A stretch of DNA of 64,000 nucleotides. Origin: Eubacterium sp. Its GTDB lineage: Bacteria; Bacillota; Clostridia; Lachnospirales; Lachnospiraceae. The notes beneath the pieces were generated by a model, which searched no databases, was not told the DNA's origin, and saw only the letters and a list, made by a program, of their open reading frames with translations. How positions within the stretch are numbered: the first letter of the stretch is position 1; every line of letters begins with the position of its first letter. The DNA is taken from the NCBI GenBank assembly GCA_022764265.1, contig JALERO010000119.1, forward strand, positions 11,700 through 75,699. The letters run 5' to 3'. Position numbers and translations under genes: made by a program. Below, one piece after another: positions 8,699 to 19,586 of this stretch.

Positions 8699-11275
8699 TT
8701 AATAAATGATATCATCTTCATCCTCAGAAAGCTGCACCTTGGCACCTTCTTTTACATTTTTTCCATAAGGGAATGCCAGATTATCATCCATTGTAATTCC
8801 AGAGAGAACTTCCACATACTGTCCGTAAATAGTTTCCCCGGTCTTTATATATTGTTTCGTCAGTCTTCCGTTTTTGCCTTCTTTATAAACGTAGCTCTGT
8901 CGTCCTTCTGTACGAATATAAGCTTTCTGCAGATAAATCGCATCTTTCGAAACTGTTCCCATACTCTGTGAACTATAAGAAATTGAGACTGATTCTCCTG
9001 TACTTAGTCCATCTGCATCTTCAATATATGCAACAATCGGATAATAGGAACTGTTTGGATTAGACATTCCTTCCGAAGAGCTCTCTGAAGTTGGAAAATC
9101 AGATATATCCTTTACTACTGCTTCATACTCTTCTCCTGTTTCCCAGGATGTACAACGAATTGTTCCTCCAACCTGAATGGTATCCAGATCCATCTCACTG
9201 ACAGAAGTTTTCACATACATACCATCTTCTGCACGAACAATAATTGCAGCAGACCCATCGGTCGGCATGGCATCGGCAGTGTAAGCAAGAGTTACCTTTC
9301 CGCTAACCTTTGCTTTTACGGTTGCCGCATCCACTTCTTTTTTTGCTTCTTTATAATTAATACGAGCCTCACTTAAATCCTGCTTTGCCTGAGCTATCTC
9401 ATCTTCTTTTTCCGAAATGGCATCTTTTAAATCCTCTGCGGTATAAGATTCTCCTGCATCTCCAAAGTCTCCTCCGCTGTCTGAACTTCCCACCGTTGAA
9501 CCCCCGGATGAAGATGTACTACTGCCCGTTGAACTCTTTTCCACCGTAAGAGTAAGAACATCTTTTTTATCCCCGGCTCTGGCAACAATCCGCAGTGTTT
9601 TGGCAGACTCATCGGCTCCCACAGTAAGAACCCCGTTCACCAGCTTGGTTGACTTTGATTTATTTCTTTTTAATTCCCATGTTACTGTCAATGCTTCTTT
9701 ATTTTTTCCTGTCAGCTTTGCCTTGAAGGTATAGCTTTTTCCGGTCTTAACCTTCTTTTTTGACGGGGTAATCTCAATCTTATCTGCTGTCACAATGAGA
9801 TTATTAAGATCTGTGATTGTATAACCGGCAAAAGATGACAGGCTTTCTTTGAAAATCATCCCCGGACGAATGGATATCTGAACAGGATTTTTGTCTGTAC
9901 CTGCTTTGTATACTTCCTCCGATTCATATTCATAAAATACAGCATATTGCTGATTTGTCATGATATCATTAACTACAGAACCGCGGATCGTACCGTTCTG
10001 TATCAGCAAATATACATATGGATTGGAGGCACTACCATCACCGGATGCAGCATCTTTTTGTTTATCGCTGATCGTACTTTTTAATACGTTGGTCTTTGGG
10101 GCCTCTTTAACAAGATTTTTTAGGTCATCCAAATTATACTCCTGATCTTCCAGAACACCATTCGTCAGGTATTGCGGTCGAACTTCCAACTGGTCAACCG
10201 GATTTTTCTTATCGGTTGCATAAGCATCTTCAGATGTATATTCTCTAAAATATGCATAATATTCATTTTTGATCAACTCAAGGATAACGGAGCCTTTTAC
10301 TTTTCCGTTATCAGCCATCAAAAAGATAAAATGGGAACCTTCTGAGCCCTCTCCGGAAGCTGCATCACTAATCGCAGATATGTTATCTTTCAACTGCTTT
10401 TGAATCACGATTTCCTTTAATTGTTCCAAAGTATATGTGTTATCTGATTTTAAATCAATTGCTGTCATATCCGGGGTCAGTGAGAATGTCGTTAAAGGAC
10501 CTTTGTTATCATTATATGTATTTTCCGATTCATATTCTTTAAATACTGCATATTCTTTATTGCTCAGTAAGGACTGAATTACTGTCCCTTTAACGGTGGC
10601 ACCGTTTTCGCCCTTCACCAACAGAAAAACATAAGGGGTATCTTTTGTTTTTCCGTCACCGGAGTTCTTCTCATTTTTATCGGTAATTGTATCTTTAAGC
10701 GGATTATCTCCTTCTTTTACAGCTGCACTTTTGGTTGTTTCCGTCGCTTCCTCTTCTGACGATTCATTTTCTGCCATATCCCCAACTTCTTCCAGAACAG
10801 TATTGTTTACATAAGATAAGTTCAGAGAAGCACTGAGCAGATTGGAGCCTGAACTATCGATAGCACCAACAGTCTTGGTTCCCTTTAATTTTTGAAGTTC
10901 TTCCTCCATTTTCTCAATTTCAAGCTTCGCCGCTTTAATTTGCAGTTTCTGCAACTGAACGTCGAGTTCTTGCTCTTCAACATTATATTTTAAAAGCTTG
11001 TCCCCTTCTTTTACTGTATCACCTTGTTTCACATAAACCTTCTCTACTTCCTGTGAGGCACCGGGATACACCTCCTGCACATAATCAGAGGAAATTGTTC
11101 CCGATAACTGGGAATCATTTTCGAACCAGCTGGAACTATTCAGGAGTTCCATTGAATAGACATCTACAGTTGCACCGGAACGGCCTTTCAAAAAATATAG
11201 GATTCCGGCAACAATAAGTACACTGACTGCAAGCACTGCTGCAATGATAATAATCAGTTTTTTCTTGTTTTTCAC
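8699..11275 (-). CDS. Efflux adaptor (MacA/HlyD-like membrane fusion protein) with a large repeat/Ig-like insertion
   Basis: N-terminal TM, lipoyl half-motifs (VYVKQGDTVKEGDKL; VKAKVSGKV), coiled coils, C-terminal TG..YVEVLSG; about 400 aa inserted. Confidence 0.85.
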   Translation of the reverse strand: MKNKKKLIIIIAAVLAVSVLIVAGILYFLKGRSGATVDVYSMELLNSSSWFENDSQLSGTISSDYVQEVYPGASQEVEKVYVKQGDTVKEGDKLLKYNVEEQELDVQLQKLQIKAAKLEIEKMEEELQKLKGTKTVGAIDSSGSNLLSASLNLSYVNNTVLEEVGDMAENESSEEEATETTKSAAVKEGDNPLKDTITDKNEKNSGDGKTKDTPYVFLLVKGENGATVKGTVIQSLLSNKEYAVFKEYESENTYNDNKGPLTTFSLTPDMTAIDLKSDNTYTLEQLKEIVIQKQLKDNISAISDAASGEGSEGSHFIFLMADNGKVKGSVILELIKNEYYAYFREYTSEDAYATDKKNPVDQLEVRPQYLTNGVLEDQEYNLDDLKNLVKEAPKTNVLKSTISDKQKDAASGDGSASNPYVYLLIQNGTIRGSVVNDIMTNQQYAVFYEYESEEVYKAGTDKNPVQISIRPGMIFKESLSSFAGYTITDLNNLIVTADKIEITPSKKKVKTGKSYTFKAKLTGKNKEALTVTWELKRNKSKSTKLVNGVLTVGADESAKTLRIVARAGDKKDVLTLTVEKSSTGSSTSSSGGSTVGSSDSGGDFGDAGESYTAEDLKDAISEKEDEIAQAKQDLSEARINYKEAKKEVDAATVKAKVSGKVTLAYTADAMPTDGSAAIIVRAEDGMYVKTSVSEMDLDTIQVGGTIRCTSWETGEEYEAVVKDISDFPTSESSSEGMSNPNSSYYPIVAYIEDADGLSTGESVSISYSSQSMGTVSKDAIYLQKAYIRTEGRQSYVYKEGKNGRLTKQYIKTGETIYGQYVEVLSGITMDDNLAFPYGKNVKEGAKVQLSEDEDDIIY

Positions 11276-11964
11276 TTCAACGAACCTCCTTTCTGTGGTT
11301 CATCTGAAATCTCTCCATCAAAAATATGCAAAACCTTTTTTGCATGGCCTGCAATATTAGCATCATGAGTAATCATGATAATCGTAACTCCTTCATCATT
11401 CAACTGCTGAAAAAGATTCATTACCTGTATTCCTGATTTACTGTCCAAAGCTCCTGTTGGTTCATCTGCCAGAATTATTTTCGGATTATTAACCAGAGCT
11501 CTTGCAATTGCCACTCTCTGCTGCTGACCACCGGAAAGCTGAGAAGGGCGAAAGTTAACACGATCTTCCAGCCCTACTCTTTTCAATGCCTGAAACGCTA
11601 TCTCTTTTCTTTTTCTCAATGGGACACCGGCATACCCCAATGGAAGAGATACATTATCCAAAGCTGTCTGTTTTGGCATCAGATTAAAGCTCTGAAAAAC
11701 AAATCCCAACGTATTCAACCGGAGATCAGAGAGTCTGTTTTCATTATATGCAATGATTGATTCACCTTCCAGAAGGAAGTCTCCCTTGGTCGGCCGATCA
11801 AGGCATCCGATGATATTCATCAGAGTTGTCTTGCCAGAACCGGAGGGTCCCATAATCGCAACATATTCTCCTTCATCAATTGAAATGTTAATATCTTTTA
11901 ATACAGGTATAACAATTTTATCCTGCATATAATCCTTGTATATATGTTTCAATTCCAAAAGCAT
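11272..11964 (-). CDS. ABC transporter ATP-binding protein (MacB/LolD-like)
   Basis: GPSGSGKTT, LSGGQQQRVAIARAL, ILADEPTGALD. Confidence 0.97.
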   Translation of the reverse strand: MLLELKHIYKDYMQDKIVIPVLKDINISIDEGEYVAIMGPSGSGKTTLMNIIGCLDRPTKGDFLLEGESIIAYNENRLSDLRLNTLGFVFQSFNLMPKQTALDNVSLPLGYAGVPLRKRKEIAFQALKRVGLEDRVNFRPSQLSGGQQQRVAIARALVNNPKIILADEPTGALDSKSGIQVMNLFQQLNDEGVTIIMITHDANIAGHAKKVLHIFDGEISDEPQKGGSLK

Positions 11965-12057
11965 GATTTTATCTTCCTTTCACGATGTCAGTATAAGCTG
12001 ACCAGAATCGCGCGCCAATTCTCACGTGCGTTCGACTTGAATTTATCATCTGTCGAA

Positions 12058-13788
12058 TTACTCATCATAAAAACCGTCTTCACTGATTCCTTCATCAATC
12101 AAACCCTGGCTATCCATATCTTCATCCATCAGATCTTCCTCACTGTAATCCTCATCGATATAATCCTCGTCATCATACAGTTCATCATCAGAAGTTTCTT
12201 CTTCATAATATTCTCCGGTACTATCTGCTTCAGAATCAACCTTTGTCGTTTTCATATTTTCTTTCAGATTCTCCGCATCACACGCAATATAATCATTTTC
12301 ATCCAGACCACTCAGGATCTGGTATTCGTCCAGATCTTCGTTATACTCTCCGACTTCAATTTTTTTCTTCTCAAGACGGTCACGTTTATTGGCAACCCAT
12401 ACGTAATAATTATCTCCTTCCACTCTCACATATGCGGCAGGAATCCAGATACCTTCTTCCCCTTCATCCTGACCATAATCAAGCTCAATGAAAACATGCT
12501 GCCCCATCATCAACCCTTCATCATCATTCAATTCCACATAAAAATTGTAAGAAGAGGCACTTTCGCTTCCGGACATATCACTGCCATAATCCATCATATC
12601 TGAATCTGTACTTTCAGAATCCGTCTCATCCGATGTGCTATCGGTCTTAACTTTACTGATCGTGCCCTTCCATGTAGTGTCATCCACTCGAGAGCGAACG
12701 ATAACCGGGTCACCTTCATCAATAGACCAGACATTCGTCTCACTGATTTTTCCTTTTATGCGATAATCTCCAACTGCCAGAATCGTCATATAAGTAGAGC
12801 CATCCGCGGAAGCTTCATCTGACATTCCGGCATCTGTATCATCTCCATCTCCGGCACCAACAGATGTATTGATGGATTTTACAACTCCATCCATTTTACT
12901 CTTCACCGTTGCGTCTTTAATATTGCTCTCCAAAGTTTTAATTTCTTCTTTTCCTGATTTAATACTGTATTCGTTTTTCTTTATCGTCGTCTGCGCTGTC
13001 AGAATCTGTGTCTGAAGTTCAATCTTCTCACTGGCAGATGCCGATTTCAAATCTTCCTGATATGACTTGATATCCTTATTAAGCTGGGTATTTTCATTTT
13101 CAAGAGTACTTACTTCCAATTCTTTTTTCTCTTTGGCTAAAGTCAATTCTTCCGTATTATAAGAAAATAACTTATCTCCTTTTTTTACTTCGTCTCCCAC
13201 AGAAACAAAGCACTTTTCAACCGACATATCAGACTGAAGAGTAATCTTCCAGGAATCCTGCGCCTCAACTTCACCCGTATAACGATTATTAATTCCGTTA
13301 GCACTGCCCAGACCTGCCACAACTCGTACAGATTCTACATAAGCCTTTCCTTCGTCACCACTATTGATATTTTTCACCATAAAATAAGAGATGGCTCCAA
13401 TGATTATAACCGCTGCTCCTGCAAGAATAAGCAATTTCTTCTTCGGTATCTTTTTGGACTCCTTCTCATCTTCTATTTCATCCACATTATCTGGACTCTC
13501 TTCTTCAATTTGTTCTTCTTCGCCTAAAGTTCTATCAAAATTCTGCTTTATTTCCTCCTCCTCGAAAACATCCTGCTCATTTTGATACATATCCCGATCA
13601 AAGTCTTTCTCTTCTATGTATTCAATGTCATCATACAACTTAAATTCTTCCTGCGATTCTTTTTTTCTTTTCCAGAAAGGAACCTTTTTTGGCTTTTGCC
13701 CAGCTTCCGGTTCTTCTGTTATTCCATCTAAAATCATCTCTAAATGATTACTATCTTCATATTTTTTTCCTTTTTTTCTGCGAATCAT
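12058..13788 (-). CDS. Second efflux adaptor subunit (MacA/YknX-like) with acidic termini
   Basis: TM at about aa 118-136, VSVGDEVKKGDKLF, VKSKMDGVV, IPAAYVR, QILSGL; D/E-rich tails. Confidence 0.85.
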   Translation of the reverse strand: MIRRKKGKKYEDSNHLEMILDGITEEPEAGQKPKKVPFWKRKKESQEEFKLYDDIEYIEEKDFDRDMYQNEQDVFEEEEIKQNFDRTLGEEEQIEEESPDNVDEIEDEKESKKIPKKKLLILAGAAVIIIGAISYFMVKNINSGDEGKAYVESVRVVAGLGSANGINNRYTGEVEAQDSWKITLQSDMSVEKCFVSVGDEVKKGDKLFSYNTEELTLAKEKKELEVSTLENENTQLNKDIKSYQEDLKSASASEKIELQTQILTAQTTIKKNEYSIKSGKEEIKTLESNIKDATVKSKMDGVVKSINTSVGAGDGDDTDAGMSDEASADGSTYMTILAVGDYRIKGKISETNVWSIDEGDPVIVRSRVDDTTWKGTISKVKTDSTSDETDSESTDSDMMDYGSDMSGSESASSYNFYVELNDDEGLMMGQHVFIELDYGQDEGEEGIWIPAAYVRVEGDNYYVWVANKRDRLEKKKIEVGEYNEDLDEYQILSGLDENDYIACDAENLKENMKTTKVDSEADSTGEYYEEETSDDELYDDEDYIDEDYSEEDLMDEDMDSQGLIDEGISEDGFYDE

Positions 13789-13986
13789 TCTATTCCTCCT
13801 AACTTTCCGTCAGTCACGCGAAAAAACAAATACCCATTATTTCTAATAGTTATCTAATGGAAAATCCCATCATAACTCTGGTTTCAATTGCAAACGACAA
13901 TCTGTGTTTAATAATACCACATCTCAATGAAAAAATCATTAAAGTGAAAAAGAATTAAAAGAATATTCACATTTCTGTCATGAAAT

Positions 13987-14184
13987 AATTCAAGAACGCC
14001 TCGGCGTTCTTGCTGCGAGATGCGCGTCATGCGTTAGCATGACAAATTTCTAATGCGCATCTCTGCAATCCGCCGGAGGCTTAACATTTCAGAAGGGGAT
14101 TGTCACCCGCTACTGAAACTATTTTATTTCCCACCGCTTAGCGCTCTGCGCGCTTGAAGCGGGGGACTTCTTCTGAAATGTTAA
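13987..14184. repeat. Structured dispersed intergenic repeat (MITE/REP-like), longest copy
   Basis: Hairpins CAAGAACGCC-TC-GGCGTTCTTG, GAGATGCGC...GCGCATCTC and TTAACATTTCAGAAG...CTTCTGAAATGTTAA; parts recur at 34359, 45473 and 50657. Confidence 0.85.
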
Positions 14185-14264
14185 ACTACAATAGAATTAT
14201 TGTCAGCATGACACAAAAACGCTTTTATGATATAACGGAAACGAAAAGAGGTGAAAATGTTTCC

Positions 14265-14671
14265 ATGATGAAAAATAAAATAATCGAAGAATCAATCAAC
14301 AGTCTTCGTCAGGAGGGTTTGCCCATGCCATGTACGAGAAATATTATTTCGAATTAAATAAAAAAATACAGGAAATAATCAAACAACAGAATAGTCTAGC
14401 TGAAGAGCAATTATTATTATGTTATTTTGATTCTGCAAAAATGGTGTCCGGAGAAATTTTTAATAAATACAGTCTGAATCAGTCTGTTGGAAATTTTGCA
14501 TTAGAGCATCATCAGAAAATCTGGAACGAAATCGTTTCTCATATATGTACGAACTTATCAGCAGAACAAAAGGATATATATAAGTTGATTGTAGACGGTA
14601 CATTTGACAGGGCCACCTCCTGTCAGATTAATCCCGAACAAATAATTGAAATGTTAAGGAGAATAAAATGA
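14265..14671 (+). pseudogene. TetR-family regulator with HTH region deleted and a frame change
   Basis: MMKNKIIEESINSLRQEGL, then a frame switch to AHAMYEKYY...; the helix-turn-helix segment expected in between is missing. Confidence 0.6.
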
Positions 14672-15445
14672 TCGTTGATATTTTAAATGTGTTTGCAATC
14701 ATCTGCATTGCAATGGTTGTTGGACAAATTGTAGCAAAAGTAAAGTTGCCGGCTATTTTAGGCTGGCTCATCACCGGAGTTATCTTCGGCCCATATCTTG
14801 CAGGCATCATAGATATGGAAATCATAAATGCACAATGGTACAAAATTCTGATTAAATTATTTGAATGTTTCGCAGGCGTCATGATCGGAAGAGAAATTAT
14901 TTTTAAAAAACTTGCAAAAACCGGAAAACAGATTGTCGGAATTACTTTCATTCAATCGATCGGCACTTTTTTGTTTGTCTCACTGGTTTTTGGAATCGTA
15001 TTTTTTATTCAAAAAATTCCTTTATATCTGGCATTTATCTTTGGTGGAATTGCCCTGGCAACCGCCCCGGCACCAGCTTTATCCATTGTAAACGAATATC
15101 ACACCAATGGACCTGTCACAAAAACGCTGATTCCTTTGGCTGCCATTGATGATGTGATTGGGGTAGTGTGATTGCATCTTTTATCCTGAACCACGTTTCC
15201 AACAAACGAATTGGTTTTATTTTACTGGTATTATTTCTGGTTCTTTCCACGGTAACCGGAATCTGCGTGGATCTTTTTCTTTTCCATGCATTTAAATTAA
15301 ATTATATTCTGATCGGTATGGCTTTCAGCGCCACATTGGATTCACCCTGCTGCCCCACTCCGGTGTATCGCTGGTATTCACGGGAATTGCCGTAATCATT
15401 GCAAAATACGCCTTTATCTGGGCGGGAGAAATCCAAACAGAGTAA
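14668..15445 (+). pseudogene. Cation:proton antiporter (Na+/H+ exchanger family) with several internal deletions
   Basis: KLPAILGWLITGVIFGP, LATAPAPALS, AAIDDVIGVV stop; later segments in other frames (NYILIGMAFSA; GFTLLPHSGVSLVFTGIAV; IIAKYAFIWAGEIQTE*). Confidence 0.75.
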
Positions 15446-15451
15446 AAGAAT

Positions 15452-15488
15452 AACAGACGACGACTGAACGAATCAGCCATCGTCTGTC
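15452..15488. terminator. Hairpin/terminator downstream of dapL
   Basis: ACAGACGA..CTGA / TCAG..TCGTCTGT inverted repeat. Confidence 0.55.
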
Positions 15489-15506
15489 TCACGTCATTCA
15501 ATCACA

Positions 15507-16721
15507 TTATAAATTTTTGATTCTTTCCATTGCACGGAGCGTGTTTTCATGGGATCCGAAGGCAGTGAGTCGGAAGTATCCTTCTCCGCTCGGGCCGAAG
15601 CCTGATCCCGGTGTTCCGACAATATTTCCTTTTTCCAGAAGATAATCAAAAAATTCCCAGGATGTCATCTTATCCGGAGTCTTCAACCAGATATATGGTG
15701 CATTTACACCGCCAAATACGGTAAATCCGGCATTGGAAAGGCCTTCTTTAATCACTCTGGCATTGTTCATATAATATGCCACCTGCTCTTTAAGCTGTGC
15801 TTTTCCTTCTTCTGTGTAGCATGCCAGACCGGCTTTCTGGATAATGTACGGAGCTCCGTTATATTTTGTCCCATGTCTTCTTGCCCACAGGGAATGAAGG
15901 CTCACGTCACCGCATTTCAAATCTTTTGGAATAACAGTGAATCCAAGACGGGTTCCGGTAAATCCGGCATTCTTGGAGAAGCTTCTCAGCTCAATGGCAC
16001 AGGTTCTTGCACCTTCACATTCGAAAATCGTATGAGGTACATCCTCTTCTGTAATATATGCTTCATATGCCGCATCATAGATAATCACGGCACCAATCTT
16101 GTTGGCATAGTCTACCCATTCCTGAAGCTGAGATTTGGTGATGGTAGTTCCGGTCGGATTATTTGGAATACATAAATAAATCAGATCCGGATTCTCTCTC
16201 GGAAATTCCGGGATAAAGTTATTTTCTGCCGTACATGGCATGTAAATCACATCGCTCCATGTCTCCGCTTTCGGATCATAGGTTCCGGTTCTTCCTGCCA
16301 TTACGTTGGTATCAACATATACCGGATATACCGGATCACATACAGCAATCTTATTGTCGACGCTGAAGATTTCCTGGATGTTACCGGAGTCACATTTTGC
16401 TCCGTCACTGACAAAGATTTCATCGGCGCTGATGTCGCAGCCTCTGCTCTTATAGTCATGATCCGCAATGGCGGTTCGAAGGAACTCATAGCCGAGATCC
16501 GGTGCATATCCGTGGAAGGTTTCCGCTTTTCCCATTTCATCCACTGCTTCATGCAGGGTATCAATAATCTTTGGTGCAAGCGGCAATGTCACATCACCGA
16601 TTCCCAGTTTGATAACCTCTTTGTCCGGATTTGCCTGCTGAAATGCTGCTACTTTTTTTGCAATATTAGAAAAAAGATAGCTTCCAGGTAATTTTAAATA
16701 ATTATCATTAATTTTAAACAT
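15507..16721 (-). CDS. dapL: LL-diaminopimelate aminotransferase
   Basis: YLF, LGIGDVT, SDGAKCD, PNNPTG, SFSKNAGFTGTRLG, TPGSGFG. Confidence 0.96.
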   Translation of the reverse strand: MFKINDNYLKLPGSYLFSNIAKKVAAFQQANPDKEVIKLGIGDVTLPLAPKIIDTLHEAVDEMGKAETFHGYAPDLGYEFLRTAIADHDYKSRGCDISADEIFVSDGAKCDSGNIQEIFSVDNKIAVCDPVYPVYVDTNVMAGRTGTYDPKAETWSDVIYMPCTAENNFIPEFPRENPDLIYLCIPNNPTGTTITKSQLQEWVDYANKIGAVIIYDAAYEAYITEEDVPHTIFECEGARTCAIELRSFSKNAGFTGTRLGFTVIPKDLKCGDVSLHSLWARRHGTKYNGAPYIIQKAGLACYTEEGKAQLKEQVAYYMNNARVIKEGLSNAGFTVFGGVNAPYIWLKTPDKMTSWEFFDYLLEKGNIVGTPGSGFGPSGEGYFRLTAFGSHENTLRAMERIKNL

Positions 16722-16751
16722 GGTGTCTCCTATCCGGCTTTTCGCCTAATA

Positions 16752-17594
16752 TCATTGTTTTATCCCCAATAATTCTCCGTCAAATACTGTAGTTGCAGGG
16801 CCTGTCATATAAATCTGATTTGTCTCGCGATCCCATTCAATCTGAAGATCGCCGCCCAGTAAATGTACTGTAATCTTGTCCTCAGTCTTATCATTCAATA
16901 CGCAGGCAACTGCTGTGGCACAGGCTCCGGTGCCGCAAGCCAGAGTCTCCCCGGCTCCTCGTTCCCAGACACGCATATTCACTGTATTTCTGTCCAGGAT
17001 TTCTACAAATTCTGTGTTGGTCCTTTTCGGGAAACAGGTATGATTCTCAAAATATGGTCCGATTACTTCAATATCCAGGTCTTTTACATGATCCATAAAA
17101 ATGACTGCATGTGGATTTCCCATGGAAACACAGGTCATATTGTATTTTTTTCCTTTTACTTCAATCGGAATATCGACAGCTGGATCTTCCGGTGAGATAA
17201 CCGGCACCAACTCCGGTTTCAGAATCGGCTCTCCCATATTCACTCTGATTTTGGATACCTTTCCATCCTCTACAGTCAGATCAAGATATTTGATTCCGGC
17301 TAAGGTATCAACAGTAATCTGTGTTTTGTCAGTCAAGCCGTAATCATACACATATTTTCCTACACACCGGATTCCGTTACCGCACATTTCAGCCTGTGAA
17401 CCATCTGAATTGTACATATCCATCTGAAAATCCGCTTTTTCCGATGGGCGAATGAGAATCAGTCCATCAGAACCAACACCAAAATTACGGTTACTAACAA
17501 ACCTGGCCAGTTCAGAAGGATTCTCAATTTCCTCTTTAAAACAATTTACATATACATAATCATTGCCTATACCATGCATTTTAGTAAACTTCAT
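16752..17594 (-). CDS. dapF: Diaminopimelate epimerase
   Basis: [37 protein letters not shown]. Confidence 0.97.
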   Translation of the reverse strand: MKFTKMHGIGNDYVYVNCFKEEIENPSELARFVSNRNFGVGSDGLILIRPSEKADFQMDMYNSDGSQAEMCGNGIRCVGKYVYDYGLTDKTQITVDTLAGIKYLDLTVEDGKVSKIRVNMGEPILKPELVPVISPEDPAVDIPIEVKGKKYNMTCVSMGNPHAVIFMDHVKDLDIEVIGPYFENHTCFPKRTNTEFVEILDRNTVNMRVWERGAGETLACGTGACATAVACVLNDKTEDKITVHLLGGDLQIEWDRETNQIYMTGPATTVFDGELLGIKQ

Positions 17595-17633
17595 ACTCGT
17601 GCTCCTTTCTCCGGGTCATCGCCCAGTCATATA

Positions 17634-18176
17634 TCAGAACATTTCCAGCACCATGTACGCTGTATCAACCATATTATTTCCGCTGTCCATACTATGTTTC
17701 TGGAGAAAGCGGTGGGCTTCCTCCTCTGAAAAACCATTGCGCTCCATCAGCAGCTCTTTCGCCCGGTTAATCACACCCTGCTCATCGGCAGAGCGCTGTT
17801 TTGGCTTTGATTTCAGTCGTTTCAGCCGATCGGAAAGGTCTCTGCACATATCCTCTACGGTATCGACCAGATCAAAGGATCTCATGGGCAGGGGTAAATA
17901 AATCACATCATCTTCACCATATTGCTGCCACTGACTATTGTTGGCAACCACCAGCATTTCGAAATGTTCCGGAAGGCATTCCTTCAATTCATGATAAAGC
18001 ATATCCACAAACCGGATTCCCGAGACAACAATTCCCGCTTCCAGTCGCTCCACTACCTGAATCGCCTGTGCGCCGGTGACGCAGGCGGCTGCCACTTCAT
18101 AACCGTTCTTTACAAGAATATTTTTAATTTTACTAGCGACTTCCTTTTTCGGGAAAACAACAATAATATTAATCAA
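17634..18176 (-). CDS. ANTAR-domain response regulator/antiterminator (NitR-like)
   Basis: Degenerate receiver domain plus C-terminal INRAKELLMERNGFSEEEAHRFLQKHSMD ANTAR motif; directly downstream of glnA. Confidence 0.9.
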   Translation of the reverse strand: MINIIVVFPKKEVASKIKNILVKNGYEVAAACVTGAQAIQVVERLEAGIVVSGIRFVDMLYHELKECLPEHFEMLVVANNSQWQQYGEDDVIYLPLPMRSFDLVDTVEDMCRDLSDRLKRLKSKPKQRSADEQGVINRAKELLMERNGFSEEEAHRFLQKHSMDSGNNMVDTAYMVLEMF

Positions 18177-18217
18177 TTCTTTTCACCCGCTGCTGTTGAT
18201 CTGAATGACAGTGAACC

Positions 18218-19549
18218 CTAATATTTGTAAAGATATTCATCAATCTCCCACTGTGATACAATTTTGCAATAATCATGCCATTCTTTCTTCTTTGCTTCCA
18301 GATATTTTTCCGATACATGCGGTCCCAGAACTTCCTGAATGAAGGAGTCTTCTTCAAAAGCCTTGCAGGCTTCCCCAAGAGTTCTCGGCAAAGTATCTAC
18401 ATGCATACTGGAAAGCTGTTTATCTGTCATCTGGTACATGTTTTTTCCGATTGGTTCCGGCGGCATCAGTTCATTTTCAATGCCATCCAGACCAGCTGCC
18501 AGACATAATGCCATAACCAGATATGGGTTGGATGCCGGATCCGGACTTCGGAACTCAATTCGTGTGCTGGCTCCTCTCGCCACAGGAATTCGAATCAACG
18601 GACTTCGGTTGTTTGAAGACCAGGCAATCGCCACCGGAGCTTCATATCCAGGCACCAGCCTTTTATAGGAATTGACAATTGGGTTACATACACAGGTCAT
18701 CCCTCTTGTATGCTTCATCAGTCCCGCAATGAAATGATAGCAGGTCTTACTGAGTCCCATCGGGTCCTTCTTGTCAAAGAAAACATTCTTTCCATCTCTC
18801 GAAAGAGACATATTGATATGCATTCCGGAACCATCCACTTCACTGATCGGCTTTGGCATGAAGGTTGCATAAAGGCCATGCCGTTTGGCAATGGTTTTTA
18901 CAGCCATCTTAAAGGTCATGATATTGTCAGCTGTGACAAGCGCATTGTCATATTTGAAATCAATCTCATGCTGTGCCGGTGCGACTTCGTGATGGGAGGC
19001 TTCAATTTCAAATCCCATTTTTTCGAGAGTGAGCACGATATCTCTTCTTGCATTTTCCCCCAGATCCAGAGGGGTAACATCAAAATATCCCGCTTTTTCA
19101 TGGGTGATGATGGTTGGCTGTCCGTTGTCGTCCGTATGGAACAAAAAGAACTCACACTCCGGTCCCACATCAAAGGTAAATCCCATGTCTGATGCTTTCT
19201 GAAGCACTTTTTTCAGGATATAACGACTGTCTCCTTCAAATGGCACGCCATCCGGGCGGTATACATCACACATGAAACGGGCGACCTTCCCATGCTGTGG
19301 ACGCCATGGCAAAATCTCAAAAGTGTTCAGATCCGGATAAAGATACATATCCGATTCTTCAATTCGGACAAAGCCCTCAATGGATGAACCATCAAACATA
19401 CATTTATTATCCAGCGCTTTTTCCAGCTGGCTGACAGAAATCGCCACATTTTTTAAGGTACCGAAAACATCGGTAAACTGAAGGCGGATAAACTGAACAT
19501 CATTCTCATCAACCATCCGAATGATGTCCTGTTTTGTATAATTCTTCAT
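18218..19549 (-). CDS. glnA: Glutamine synthetase type I
   Basis: [42 protein letters not shown]. Confidence 0.97.
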   Translation of the reverse strand: MKNYTKQDIIRMVDENDVQFIRLQFTDVFGTLKNVAISVSQLEKALDNKCMFDGSSIEGFVRIEESDMYLYPDLNTFEILPWRPQHGKVARFMCDVYRPDGVPFEGDSRYILKKVLQKASDMGFTFDVGPECEFFLFHTDDNGQPTIITHEKAGYFDVTPLDLGENARRDIVLTLEKMGFEIEASHHEVAPAQHEIDFKYDNALVTADNIMTFKMAVKTIAKRHGLYATFMPKPISEVDGSGMHINMSLSRDGKNVFFDKKDPMGLSKTCYHFIAGLMKHTRGMTCVCNPIVNSYKRLVPGYEAPVAIAWSSNNRSPLIRIPVARGASTRIEFRSPDPASNPYLVMALCLAAGLDGIENELMPPEPIGKNMYQMTDKQLSSMHVDTLPRTLGEACKAFEEDSFIQEVLGPHVSEKYLEAKKKEWHDYCKIVSQWEIDEYLYKY

Positions 19550-19586
19550 GTCTCTCCTCCAAATTCATCTTCGGAAACTATAGTTA

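Noticed and set aside
11980-12052. Further copy of the dispersed repeat on the minus strand
   Set aside because: Shares only AATTCAAG and small hairpins; similarity is too weak to assign
13987-14184. CRISPR array or tRNA
   Set aside because: No regularly spaced direct repeats with unique spacers, no cas genes, no cloverleaf
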